This document shows positions 49,665 to 62,729 of a stretch of 64,000 nucleotides of DNA, piece by piece; positions within the stretch are counted from its first letter, which is position 1; each line of letters begins with the position of its first letter. The stretch is from Camelus ferus (taxonomy: Eukaryota), in the NCBI RefSeq assembly GCF_009834535.1, contig NC_045697.1, positions 41,914,001 through 41,978,000 of the forward strand, written 5' to 3'. The position numbers and the translations under genes are program-made. Below the pieces are notes generated by a model. It made no database searches and was not told the DNA's origin. It saw only the letters and a list, made by a program, of their open reading frames with translations.

Positions 49665-51228
49665 TTTTTTTTTTAATTGAATTATAGTCAGTTACAATGT
49701 GTCAATTTCTGCTGTACAGCACAATATCCCAGTCATGCATATATATACATATATTTGTTTTCATATTCTTGTTCATTTAAGATTATTAGAAGATATTGAA
49801 TATAGTTCCCTGTGCTATACAGAAAAAATCTGCTTTTTAATCTATTTTTACATATTGTCGATAAAATTTGCAAATCTCAAACTCCCTAATTTATCTCTTC
49901 CTATCTCCTTTCCCCCAGTAACCATAAGATTGTTTACTATGTCTGAGAGTCTATTTCTGTTTTGTAGATGAGTTCATTAGTTTCCTCGTTTTTTTTTAGA
50001 TTCCACATATGAGTGCTATTTTATGGTATTTTTCTTTCCCCTTCTGGCTTACTTCACTTAGAATGACTATCTCTAGGTCAATCCCTATCAAATTACCCCA
50101 GTTTTCATGGAACTAGGACAAATAATCCTAAAATTTATATGAAATCACAAAAAACCCCCTAGAATTGCCAAAGCAATATTGAAGAAAGAACAAAGCTGGA
50201 GGAATAACCCTCGCAGACTTCAGACAATACTACAGAGCTATAGTAAACAAAACATCATGGTATTGGCATAACAACAAGACATATGGATCAATGGAACAGA
50301 ATAGAGAGCCCAGAAATAAATCCAAAGACCTATGGTCAATTAATCTTTGACAAAGGAGATAAGAATACACAATGGAGAAAAGACAGTCTCTTCAGCAAAT
50401 GGTGTTGGGAAAACTGGACAGCAACATGTAAATCAATGAAGCTAGAACACTCCTTCACACCATACACAAAAATAAACTCAAATGGCTTAAAGATTTAAAT
50501 ATAAGACAAGACAAGATAAACTTAGAAGAAAATATAGGCAAAACATTATCTGACATAAATCTTAGCAATGTTCTGCAGTCTTACAGGCAATAGAAATAAA
50601 AGCAAAAATTAACAAATCATACTTAATTAAACTTACAAACTTTTGCACAGCAAAGGAAACTATAAACAAAACAAAAGGACAACCTATGAAATAGGAGAAA
50701 ATATTTGCAAATGATGCAACTGGCAAAAGTTTAATTTCCAGAATCTATATACAGCTCATACAACTTGATAACAAAAAACAACCAACCAAATCCAAAAATA
50801 GGCAGAAGACCTAAACAAGCAATTCTCCAATGAAGATATACAAATGGCCATTAGGCACATGAAAAAATGCTCAGTATCGTTAATTATCAGAGAAATGCAA
50901 ATCAAAACTACAATGAAGTATCACCTCACACCAGTCAGAATGGCCATTATTAAAACATCCACAAGCGATAAATGCTCGAGAGGGTGTGGAGAAAAGGGAA
51001 CCCTCCTACACTGCTGGTGGGAATGCAGTTTGGTGCAGTCATTATAGAAAACAGTGTGGAGATTCCTCAAAAGACTGAAAGTAGACTTACCATATGATCC
51101 AGGAATCCCATTCTATATCCAGAAGGAACTCTAATTCGAAAAGATACATGCACCCCAATGTTCATAGCAGCACTATATACAATAGCCAAGATGTGGAAGT
51201 GACGTAAATGTCCATCGACAGATGACTT
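49665..51228 (-). mobile_element. Young L1 insertion with 5' inversion (3' part on minus 49665-50079; inverted ORF2 part on plus 50080-51228)
   Basis: Poly(T) at 49665-49674, then antisense 3' UTR up to ctctaggtc, then sense ORF2 (ORFs [14 protein letters not shown]..., [24 protein letters not shown]...). TSD is aataagcatctt (49655-49666) / aataaagcatctt (51229-51241). Confidence 0.93.
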
Positions 51229-51244
51229 AATAAAGCATCTTGAT

Positions 51245-52602
51245 CATCCTTTCTCTTCTCTGTTAGATTTCTCTATTTAGTGGATCATTTCTATCAGTGC
51301 TGAGATGTATTTAAAGGTTGATCCTATTTAAAAAATCATTTTGACTCCTCCTCCCCCTTCATTTTATTTTATTTTTTCTTGCCTAGCAAAGAGTTGTCTA
51401 CACTGAATCTATTTCTTCATATGGATCCACTGCAGCTTGGTTTGTTCACCCATAATTCCAATTACATGGCTGCCATAAGCTGCATGCTTGACAATTTTCT
51501 AAACCCTCTATGAACTTGACTTCTCAGGAGAGCACCATTAACCACTCTTTCTGGAATTGCCTTCTTGCTTTGGTGCCTTGGTTTTCTCCAGGTTTTCCTC
51601 TTAGCTTTCTGTTGGTTGAGTCTCTTTTGCTGGCTCTAATCGACCTTTAAATATGAGAGTATTTCAAAGATTTATCTGACAATTCCTTCTCTTCTGACTT
51701 TATATGCTCTTTCTCCAAGGTATCTCATCCATGTGTATGACTTTAACAACCAACTATAAGCTAAAGAATATCAGATAAATATTTCAAACCCAGGACTCTC
51801 TGACCTCCAGACTTTTATATCCAAGAGCTTATTTGACATCTCCATTTGGGTATTTCAAAGGCATCTTAAAGTAAACTTGGTCAAATTAAAATGCAAGTAC
51901 TCCAGGTCCTGTTTATGTATTCCCTAATTCAGCACCATCTTCCAGCCAGTTGCAAAAGCCAGAAATGTAGGAGTCATTATTTCTATTCTACTGTAGCTCT
52001 ACTACCATTACCTCCTAGTCCAAGAGACTATAGTCTCTTGTCTGGAATGTTTTAAGTAACTATTCCCTGAATTCCCCATAATACTCAAACATCTTTTAAT
52101 TCTTTTTTTTAACATGCTCAGAGTGATCTGTAGAAATAGAAATTTTATCTTGCGAATTTCTAGCTTAAGAGTTTCCAATGGCTTTCATCTGCCTTAGAAC
52201 AAAGCTCTGGGTGGTCTGGCTCCACTTACACCTCTAAACAAATTTTTCCATCTTACACTTAAAATCCTTTCTACGATCCAGCCAATTGCCCTTCTGTAAA
52301 TGGTACCCTGCTTCCATTTACCTTAGGACTACATTCTTTCTCTGGTTGTTTTAAATCCATTTTTTAGATTGACTACATCCAAAATATACTTGCATAGCTT
52401 CCTGAACTTTCCTTAAACTGATTTACCACTGTATGTAATTATGTTATGTGTGAAATTATTTAATTAATGTCTATTTCCATCAATAAACTATAAGGAAGCA
52501 AGTATAATGTGTGCTTTGCACCCTAAGTTATCACCAACGCCTAGCATTTTGCCTGGTGTAAGGTTAATGCTGAAAAAAGCATATTGCTGAGTAAATAAAT
52601 AC
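51245..52602 (+). mobile_element. L2 LINE, long 3' fragment
   Basis: ttatttgacatctccatttgggtatttcaaaggcatcttaaa, ccagccagttgcaaaagccagaaatgtaggagtcat. Ends cctagcattttgcctgg...tgctgagtaaataaat. Confidence 0.85.
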
Positions 52603-53024
52603 TGTGAGTGCTGTAAAGCCATTATTAAAAACCAAGCATGCTGGATTCAATTGCCTATCCTCTTGTGCAGTATATTGTATTGTCCATTTTCCCAGCTTGA
52701 AACAATATTTAGTTCAAATACTATTTTACACAACTTCCACCCTACCTGGTTTGGCACATAAAATTATAGTCATCAGAGTGGTCCCTCCTTCTGGGCTTAG
52801 AGTGATAAAACATAGCACTCCCTAACTAAAACCCAAGCAGTTAGAGGTTAGAGGGTCCCTTTCCCTCCATGCCTCACAAGATGAGGTGTTGGAGGTACTG
52901 CATTTGTTTCCCTCCCCCAGGAAGTAAAATTTCCTATTTCTCATCATATCTAGTGTCCTCTGGCCTGTGGATTCCATTTTACTTTCTGGTATTTTAAAAT
53001 ATTTTTTTAAAAATTACGAAGACT

Positions 53025-53740
53025 TTGAAAATATTCATTATAATTAAGACCTTTCTTTTGAATAGAGGTTTAATCTATATGGTCTCTATATGAAGTAATG
53101 AAACAGTTGTTTCAATAACAAATGAATTTATTTTACTTACTGAACTGATTTTTTGAAATAATTGAATATGTGATTTAGCTCAGTTTTAGAACATAGCATC
53201 TAACCTTGAAGGTAGATACAATATTCATTTCTGCATGAATGTATGTTTGTATGTGTAAACATATGTCTCGTTAAATTCTATGCCTTCAGGCTCTGTGTAG
53301 GATCTTAAACTATACATGTGTCCTATTAGTTGAATTCAAGCCACTCTCCTGCATAAACTATTCTGTTCCATGAAATCCCAATCGACCTCACTTGGTAATT
53401 AAGACAGAGTAATGCTATCCTTTGTTGTCTTTTTGTGCATGAGAAATAGCTACTTCTGGCTGAATTTTTAATTTTTATTTTCAAATTTAACATTGTACAG
53501 GTTTTATATTTTGACACTTTTCCAAACAAATTTGTGATGTAAAAATAATTGTTTAAATATCATTAGGCAATGTTTAGGCCAAGGTATACTATAATTGGCA
53601 AACCCTTACTGAGGTTTTAAGTCATTCAGTAAGTAAAATAAAGTCATTTAATTGAAACCACTGTATCATTGTGTATAGAAACCAAATAGTTAAAGTCTAT
53701 AACTAAGATAAGGGTCTTAATTGTGATAGTTATTTTCTAA
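53025..53740. repeat. Long imperfect inverted repeat (arms ~53025-53148 and ~53621-53740)
   Basis: tttattttacttactgaa (53127-53144) is the exact reverse complement of ttcagtaagtaaaataaa (53625-53642). aattaagacc (53042-53051) pairs with ggtcttaatt (53713-53722). The intervening blocks align colinearly. Confidence 0.9.
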
Positions 53741-53789
53741 GTATTTTGCAATGTTTATATTGTCAGAAAATGCACATAAACAAAAATCT

Positions 53790-54230
53790 ATAATTTGCCT
53801 CCACCATAGATAATCAATATTAACACCATATGCATCTATCTGTATTTGTATGTATTATATATATGTGTATGTGTTTCAACATATGTGGTAATTTTTACAA
53901 AAATAGTAATCAGAATACGTGTGCATTATCTCCTTCAAAACTTGTCATATACTGTTATTATGCCAATTTAATAATCTACATCATTTTACAAAGCTGAATA
54001 GCATAGTACAGTACTTGTTTGAATATACATACTTTCACATCCTCTATTATCATAAAGTGTTTATGACTTTTTGTGTTAATATATAGAACATTTTCATGAA
54101 CATCCATGAAGCTAAATCTTAGAGCTCCACCTTAACTTAGTCTTTGGGACAAATACCTACAAGACAAAGTAGTAGTCAAAAATTATGCACTGTTTGTGTG
54201 GGTTTGGTTAATTCTTCCAGAGTTGCTCTA
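53790..54230 (-). mobile_element. Old L1ME-like fragment
   Basis: atctacatcatttt..aaagctgaatagcatagtaca, catgaacatccatgaagctaaatctt, tctttgggacaaatacctacaag. Confidence 0.6.
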
Positions 54231-54294
54231 AATTAGCTAACCAAACAAACAACTAGTAAGCAAATATAATTCAAGTGCCCCCTCTGATTAAAAA

Positions 54295-55075
54295 AATATA
54301 TATTGAGACACTACTATATGTCATACTATTTCTAGAACTATTTCAGGTGATGTGAAGTATGTGAAAGAAACTCTTCACTCTCAGTAGAGGAATAACACAG
54401 TATATAACTACAAAAGGAGGGAGCGTCAAAGTATGTTGAAAAAAGTATAACAAAAGTTTAAGAAGAGAGTGATATGAGGGCAATCTGATTAATTAGGAAA
54501 GATAATATGAAGGAAATGGTTTTTAAATGAACTTCAGATTTTAAGATTTAGTGAGCTCAGGGTAATCTTCCCAAATGGAGGAAACAGCATCAGCAGAACA
54601 GTAATTAGAGCCATATGTGCAGAGCACATTAGAGTCAGGAGAAGATGCATGTGGAGGAATAATCAGGAAGTAAGAACTGTGGAGATGTCGAGGGCATGCT
54701 GTGGAAAGTCTAACCCCAGGCAGAGGATGCTGCACTTGATGTCCATGGCAGCTGGGAACCGGAGCAGGTTCTTGAGCAAAGCAGAGGGAGATTTAACAAT
54801 GCCAGCCTCTTCAAAGTTTATCACCACGAAGCAATTAATTTGACATAAGATGGCAAAGTCAAGACACAAAAGTGTCAGCAGTAGAAATGGCATAAATTTG
54901 CATTAGAGATGAATTATTAGAGATTTTTTTTAAGAAATATGAAAGAAACTTCTCATAGCTTTAACACAGGGAATGAAGAAGAAAGAGTCAAAGATGACTT
55001 CAGTGTTTCTCTTCTGTGTATCTGAAAGAGAGGCGATGCCTCTTGTTAGAAATGGGGAATTTGGAAGATTCGAAC
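54295..55075 (-). mobile_element. L2 LINE fragment
   Basis: gcaggttcttgagcaaag, gaagaaagagtcaaagatgacttcagtgtttct, agaaatggggaatttggaag. Confidence 0.7.
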
Positions 55076-55129
55076 TCCATGAGGAGCATGCATGTGAGCC
55101 CAAACTATGTGATAGTCTTTAATTTTCTG

Positions 55130-55587
55130 TTAGTAGCTCTCCTGGGTATTCTCTGTTTGCTCTCCAGATCGTCTATCCACCCATGACTCTATTCTGCACC
55201 CCAGGAGACTAATCTCTATAAATTGCATAAACTAGACTCCCCTGACCTCTGGCTTCAGGTTGGGTTTGAGAGGCTATAGCAGGAGATCAGAAAGTCACCA
55301 GAGTCAGACCAAGATGTCTACTGACCTGTCTCCCTCCATGCTAGGCAGCAATCTGATCCTAGTTGTATTGACTACCCTAGTCCACATCTCCTAAACTTGC
55401 AGGCTTCTCCAGCAGACCAGAGTGGTAATGGGTGCCTCCTTGTCTTTAGCCCCAGGGCATTTTCACTATCTGTTGGTTTCCATTAGCTTTTCCAACATTT
55501 TGTAAAAGGTTTCTTTATTACACACTCTTCAACTACACCTTTTCAGTTAGAGCCATCAATTTCTTGCTGAGGATCTTGAGTGACAAA
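55130..55587 (+). mobile_element. ERVL solo LTR (LTR33-like)
   Basis: ctctgtttgctctccagatc, tctgcaccccaggagact, ccctgacctctggcttcaggttgggtttg, cagcaggagatcag-like motif, and a 3' end gccatcaatttcttgctgaggatcttgagtga. Confidence 0.75.
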
Positions 55588-56611
55588 ATAGCCAGGGTGC
55601 AGTAGTCCTGAGTTTTTGAAGAAAGGGCTTGTTAATCCATGATGTGTGACATGCCACACTGCAAATGTTGGATAATCAGAGAGAAGAGGCTCAAGTACAA
55701 GAAAGGGGATGTAATCTCTTTGATATGAGCTCACTACATTTGGCAATAATTACACAGCAATAGTTAATCAGCATTTTCAGAATGGAATTATACTTATTTT
55801 TCTCCCTTATAGGGAATATCCCTTTTATAAAGAATCCTTAAAATTTCAAAATGGGACAATATGTTAAACAAAATTTTTTATAGTTGACAGCTAAGAGCTG
55901 GCAAAAGATACACAATTCAGAACCACACTAGTATTTTGCTTTCAACTCAAATTGCTATTGGAAAAGAAGCTCCAACTCTGGGAAAATATGAGGCAAAACC
56001 ACAAGATACTGGGGTAAGGCTAGATGCTGTTGAAAATAAGCATAATGATCTTATTATCTGGGATTTGAATTGGAAAAATATATGCATGTGCAGTAGCTTT
56101 GTTAGTTTAATAGCACCATAGTGAGATTTTTTTTCCAGCATGAACAATAATCATAAGCATCATAAGGAACTAGGCAAAAGTCTCAGCTTGACAATATATG
56201 TGTATTTTTAAAGTGAATAGACAGAGATTTGAAAATGAGATCAAGGTGAAATAAATGTTACTCAACATTCTTGATTAGAGTAAAACAGAGTAGGTTTTAA
56301 TAGAGTAGATTGGTTTGATTTCTCTTCTTTGTAGCAAGTAATTTCATTAATTTATCAACAAATAGTTATTAGTACCTAGCATGTGCCAGGCTCTGTCCTA
56401 GGCACAGAGAATGTCATAGTTAGAAAGTCCAATGATGTCCTTCTACTGCTGGATCTGAGACTCACTCAGGGAAGGCAGAAAACTGAAACAAACAGACCTA
56501 TTACAGATAAGCCTCTGTTATGGAAAGGAAACAGGATGCTATATGCTCATGAAAGATATAAAGCTGTATCCACAAGTGCTCCAGCCATATACCAATCTAC
56601 TGATGACAGTG

Positions 56612-56822
56612 AAGTCTGTGGTCAAATAAACCTATCCTGGAGTCAAACTGCCTAGGTTTAGGTTCCCAGTCTCCCACCAATTAGCCAAGTGACTTCAGGC
56701 AGGATACTTATCCTCTCTGTTCCTCACATTCTTCATCCTTAAAATGTGGTAAAAACAGAATCTACTCCGTAACTGTGACCTAATACGTGTGTAGTTTGTA
56801 GAAAAATGACTGGTGCATAGTA
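56612..56822 (+). mobile_element. MIR SINE
   Basis: ctggagtcaaactgcctaggttt...aagtgacttcaggcaggatacttatcctctctgttcctca. Confidence 0.8.
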
Positions 56823-58489
56823 TTTTTAGCTGCTTTTAATATTAAAAAAGTCTTTCTTACATCCCAGAAGCTTCAAAATAGTTTGGGTCCATATTTTGCT
56901 AATCCCCAAATAATGAGATGATTCTAGTAAAGGTTCAATATGTATCTGCTAGTATTATCAGCTGGTTGAGTGAACACGGAGATAAACTCGTTAGAAAATT
57001 TGAAGTCAATGTTTACTGTCATGTCTCTAAGACTAGACCAACTAAAACAAATAAACCTCTGGTTAACAATCATAATAATAAACAGCACAGCATAATGATG
57101 TTGCTAATGATGCCTGCTATTGTTTCTCGGCCATTTATTACTTGGCTAAGCAAATGTGTATAAGCTACTTACATCGTTAATTTGCCCAGTGACTCTGTCA
57201 TATTTCTCATTTTATACATGAGGGAAATAAAGCTCTGGGAGCACCTAGCCAAGAGCCTGGCACAATAAGTTTCAAACACTTATTTGTATTAATTATTAAT
57301 CCAATTTATGTTCTTATTTATAATCAATTACTGCTATTTAAAGCAGTTTAAAGAAGTTTTATAAATAGGTATCAAGTTTCTGCTTGTCCTCTGAAATTAG
57401 TTATATTGATTTCTGGTGTGTTGCCAGGGAGAAAGAAAAGGGGAGACTTGCACATTGGTGCAAATTTAGTATCTACTAGAGTAATTCTGATGTGCAAACT
57501 AGGGAACACTTACCTAAGCACTGTTACACATTATCTTATAGAAAAAAATAGCACGATACTAATAAAACTGTACACTCTGTAGAATGAAGTGCTTTTTCTC
57601 AGTGAATAAAACACATAACAGCAAGCAATACGTGTAATGTTCCCAAACCGTTATTTAAATTAACAATAATAATGATAATAGCATGAGACCATTTTATAAT
57701 TACTGAACAAACAGAAATAAATTCTCTACACAGATGTCTCATCTTGATGCTTTACTTATAAACTGCAGATGAGAAGCACTGTCATTCTGTGTTCACTGTA
57801 ATTTTTAAAACAGTATTTGCATAACATTATTACATATGTTCAGATCCTAGAAGACTAACAGGACAGCTTTGACTGTGATAGAAGAAAATACGTGCAGCGT
57901 TTTGATGTAATTCATTTAAAAGCTTTTAAATCTTTTGTTTCACACACAAGGATTCCCTTACCCCATGTGAACTCCTCCTCTGGACAAAACAGAAGAAGTT
58001 CATGAATTTCTTCCCTGATGGAGTCTTTCTATAAGAATATTCTCCCCGGGAACACAGACATTATCATTCTAGCTACAATTACATCACTCCTATCTGTCTA
58101 CGTGTTTTTAATTCATTGGAGAATGCAGAAATTCCATGAATGGGGGAAAACAGATAGGAAATGTGGAGAAAGGAAGAACCATTATTTTAAAACCAAAATT
58201 CTATAATTACACTCTCAAAATTGGTAGAGACCTTAAAAGTTACTTTTCTCACACTTATCTAATAGATGAATCCCCTTGCGATAGATACCACGGGCATCCA
58301 GAATTTGCCCACAGCATCTCACTACCTTTCTTAAGATGCCCCATGGCATTTTTGAAAGATTGCAATTGAAAGAAGAAAAAAATCCAAATGTTGACACAAA
58401 ATCCAGCTCCCTACAGTTTCTACTGCAAATTCTTCTCTTTGTTGTGAAATCCCCTTTTCCCATCTTGAATCATTACAGCTAACCAACCA

Positions 58490-58680
58490 CTGAGACTTAC
58501 TAGGTGCCAGTGCTCTGCTGTACATTTTAATCTTCTAAAACACCATCTGAGGAGGTACAATTACAATCGTCCATTTTGCAGAAGGAATGCTGAAGCAGAA
58601 GCTAGTTGAGTAGCATGCAGCTGGTAAAGTGCAGAGATGCAATTTGACCTTCTGTAAATTCAAGCTCCACTTCCTTAGCC
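58490..58680 (-). mobile_element. MIR SINE
   Basis: acttactaggtgccagtgctctgct...tgaggaggtacaattacaatcgtccattttgcaga. Confidence 0.7.
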
Positions 58681-59067
58681 AGTATTCTTTATAGGAGAGA
58701 TGGAAAGCCGCAGTGTGAGCTATTGGTTCATTCACTTACCTGTTTATTCATCAAACATATATTTAGTACGTACTATGTGCTGAGGATGTCAACATGCTTA
58801 GAAAAAAAATGGAATGTTCATGTAGATTATCTTTGAATAGCTAGGTCATATATAATTTTTATTTTGCTAAGTTTTTCTTACTTTTTAAAATTTAAAATAA
58901 TGAGCACATATTACTGTGTACTAAGAAAAATACAAATATATTTTTAAAGCAAAGAATAATGATAGTAGAAGGCAGGGTTGGAAAGGAGCATTTTGTAATC
59001 TCAAAGTTAGCCTTCTGCCTTGCAGTAAGGACTGTGAAAGACAGTTCTAGAACACGTCTAAATATAG

Positions 59068-59514
59068 TACAGTACTCTGAATATTGACCACTCAAAGATA
59101 TCAGATCCTAATCCCTGGAACCTGGGAATGTTACTCTCTCAGGAGAAAGGGTCTCTGCAGATACGATTAACTTAATGGTCCTAACAGAGAGTTATCCTGG
59201 ATTATCTGGGTGGAACTTAAATCCAATCACAAGTGCCCCTATAAGTACTAGACAGAGGAGTTTGATGCACACACAGAGGAGAGGGTGACGTGAAAAGGGA
59301 GGCAGAGATTGGAATGACACAGTAACCAACCAAGAAGTGCTGACTGTCACCAGAGCTGGAAGAGTTCTGGCCTAGAGCCTCCGTGGGGATTCTGTCCTGT
59401 GTATACCTTGAGTTTGGACTTTTGGACTCCAGAACTGTGGGAAAATAAATGTATGCTATTGTAAGGTACCAAGTTTGTGGTAGTTTGTTATGGCAGCCGA
59501 AGGAAACTAATACA
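59068..59514 (+). mobile_element. MaLR solo LTR (MLT1C/MLT1D-like)
   Basis: caaagatatcagatcctaatccctggaacctg.gaatgttac, ttatcctggattatctgggtgg, ctccagaactgtgggaaaataaat. Ends tttgttatggcagccgaaggaaactaataca. Confidence 0.92.
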
Positions 59515-60589
59515 TATAAATGTTTTGAAACAAACTCTCCAATGACCCTTATAAACAGCTGACGTTTCAAAAAAAGTCCACTGTTAATTCTCAAGTGCTG
59601 GTAAGTGGTGCCTAAATTTTAACTAGCCAGTGATTTGGGGGCAGAATCCACAGTGTGCAAGGCACTCAAATAGGTGGCAGCCAAAGAAAATCTTTCCTCA
59701 CCCAACTCTTTACTCTCAGGAGGGACCGACTGAACCGGTGTCACTGCATGTCCTTGGGATCCCAGGAGAGGATGTCTACAGCAAGGTTAAGAGTCTTTAT
59801 TTGGAAATGACTGAGGTCGGTTGCTAACCCTTCTCAACTAATTACTGAGACCTTACGCTTTTATTTCATGTCCAACAGTGCGCACTATTTTACAACATTT
59901 ATTATTTCTCAGTTATGAAAAGAAATGTCAGTTGCTCCAGGGGTAGTAAATGCCAAAGGTCTGAAGCAAAGTCTATGGCAGTAGAACAGAAAGGGAAAAA
60001 AAAATTTTTAGAGTTTACTTCTCACTATGAAAGAGAAATATAAAGAGCAAAAACAGTCATGGCCATACAGTGTTTGTTATGGGAAGATCTGGAATCCAAA
60101 GAGAAGGGTCCAGTAAGTCATTGTCAATGTCAGAAAGTTGATAATAATTACAATTTCTGCTTAACCCTTTATCTTAATTAACTAATAAATCCTTCGTATG
60201 CTTAAAAAATAAAGTGGAAAGGATCTAGGTTTAACCTTGGAAGAAACTGTATAATAGCTAAATCTATATACTAAAATAAGCTGGGATGCTGAATAAAGGG
60301 ATCTTGTTCGTGTTTTAACAACCAAGTAAAATTGTTTCATAGTTGGCTTAGTAACTTTCCAAATATTTAAACCTAAAATTGAAGAAAAAAATTAACCTAG
60401 AGAAAAAAAGTCATTAGCAAGAAAAAAGCAACGTAGGACTTAATCACACAGTTGCTTTTGACATTCTGAACTTTTTTAAAAACTCCTTTGGCTTACAGGA
60501 CACCTATTTTTCTAGGCATTCCTCTACTTCTTTGACCTACATTTAATTATGTTCTATATAATTCTTAAAATTTGTGCTGAAATTACAAA

Positions 60590-61880
60590 TACAGTGTGAT
60601 ATTTATTCCTATAAAGATAATATGCTTTTGCAAAATCACATAAGTTTGACAATATATTCTGTTAGTAAGGAAAATAGTACCCTCAGACATTGGTGATAGG
60701 AAGGTAAAATGGTAAAATTTATATAGAGGGCACATTGACTCTATTTCTCACACCCATGCACATAGAAATGGCTTATTTGCAAGGTCACTTGCATTACAGA
60801 TAGCATTATTTGTAATAACAGGATTGAAAATAACTCAAGTGTCTATTAATGAAAAATTGGCTGAGTAAATGAAGATATACCTGTATAAGGGAGTATTATG
60901 CAGCCACAAAAATAAATAAACTACATCTATTAGAGAATATATATGAGAATATATATTAATAGCTCTCTGTGGGATATAAAGAGAAAGAGGGATAGCTTGG
61001 TTTAGAAATAAGCATTAAGTATGCTATATTTTAAGCAAGAAAGAAATAATAAGAAGAACATATATTTGTATTTGCTTTTATTCACATAAAAAAGCATGGG
61101 GAAAATATACATGACGCTAATCAAAGCAGTCATCTGTATATACGTACCTCAGTGTTCCTAACAGCAGCATTATTTACAATAGCCAAGATATAGAAGCAAC
61201 CTAAGTGTCCATCAACAGATGAATGGATAAAGAAGTTGTTGTATTTATATATATGCACACACACACACATACACACATACACAATGGAAAGCTACTCAGA
61301 CATAGAAAAGAATGAAATTTTGCCACTTGCAACAACATGGATAGACCTAAAAGGTAATATGCTTAATGAAATAAATCAGACAGAGAAAGATAAACACTAT
61401 ATGTTATCACTTAAATGTGGAATCCAAAAAATAAGACAAGTTAATGAATATAACAAAACAGAAACAGACTTACAGATACGGAGAACAAACCAGTGGTCGC
61501 CAATGGGGAGAGGGAAGCTGGGAGGGGCACAATAGGGGTAGGGGATTAAGAGGTACAAACTGCTATGTATAAAATAAATAAGCTACAAGGATATAACATA
61601 CAGCATAGGGAATACAGGCAACATTTTATAATAATTTTAAACGGAATATAATATATAAAAATATTGAATCACCGTGTTGTACACCTGAAACTAATTTAAC
61701 ATTGTAAATCAACTATACTTTAATTTAAAAATAGTAGTTATCTATAGGGAGTATGTGTGTGGAGGGGAGAACAAGGATGGATGGGAAGTAAGGCTTTTCA
61801 AGTAAACCTTTAATATAGTTCTGATTTTGAAATGATATGAATGTTTTATCTACTCACACATTAAATTTAAAATGAAAACA
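60590..61880 (+). mobile_element. Old L1ME-like fragment hosting a younger nested L1
   Basis: cctcagacattggtgataggaaggtaaaatggta, gagtattatgcagccacaaaa. It resumes after 61746 with cttttcaagtaaacctttaatatagttctgattttgaa. Confidence 0.7.
61141..61730 (+). mobile_element. 5'-truncated L1 (end of ORF2 plus 3' UTR)
   Basis: agcagcattatttacaatagccaagatatagaagcaacctaagtgtccatcaacagatgaatggataaagaag ... tgtacacctgaaactaat..aacattgtaaatcaactatactttaatttaaaa. Diverged TSD aaagcagtcatctgta / atagtagttatctata (12/16). Confidence 0.93.
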
Positions 61881-62729
61881 ATATGCAGAGAAAAAACAAA
61901 TTTCACAAAAACACTAACATGTTACATAGTTGAAATTTTAAGCATTCTTTATACTTTTTTCCTCCAGAATTTCTACATTGCAAGAATATTACTTTTTTGA
62001 TATAAAAATAAGCCTTTTTGTGTTTGAGTTTAAGTTCATTCACTCATAGTGTTAAAGATACAGCTATTGGGCCCTATACATATTTTTCTAGACATACTAA
62101 GGTAACTTGGAACAGAGAACCTACAGGGAGTATGAGCCTAGGTGCAATTAAAAAAAAAAGTCTCATATTCAAGTTTCTTTGATAATGTGTGTCTGTGAAT
62201 ATTTTTAATTTAATTTTGCCCTTCCTTGGAAAACAATTCTTCTCACTTAGCAAAATAATCTCAGGGGAAAATATCAGTGACTAAAGTTTTGGATTCAATA
62301 GTCTGATATTTTTAATCTCAGAAGTCTCATTGATTTCATAGTTGTTCTCAAACAGTATCTCACAGTATGCATGTTCCTGGCTCATGCCCCAAGCTCAGAT
62401 GTCACTGATTTCTTTATCTTAAAAGTATTGACTTGGCTTCTATGATTAAGAAGCAAAGTGTTTCAATTCTAAATATTCATGTTCACCATGCCTCTGTCAG
62501 ATTGACCACAGACAAAGTAGTAATCCAATTAAAATCTAGGTTAATTTGCAATAGTGAAAATTAATATAATAATCTTTCCACTTCTAAAATACATTAAGTA
62601 GAAATTGTTGTTTTTCTTGACAGTTATTTTAACATGCTTTGATTTCCTACACAAAGAAAGCACTGTAACAAAACACAATTAACCAGCAAGGCCAGATATC
62701 ATGACAATAATACAACCATAATGCAACAT

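Noticed and set aside
50283..51047. ORFs with clear protein-like sequence
   Set aside because: These are frameshifted L1 ORF2 C-terminal fragments of a truncated insertion, not a host gene or active element.
57505..57545. AG|GTAAGT on the minus strand as a possible recursive splice site (similar at ~58735)
   Set aside because: There is no adequate polypyrimidine tract immediately upstream of the AG.
61505..61545. G-rich potential G-quadruplex
   Set aside because: This is the ordinary G-rich tract of an L1 3' UTR, an expected feature.
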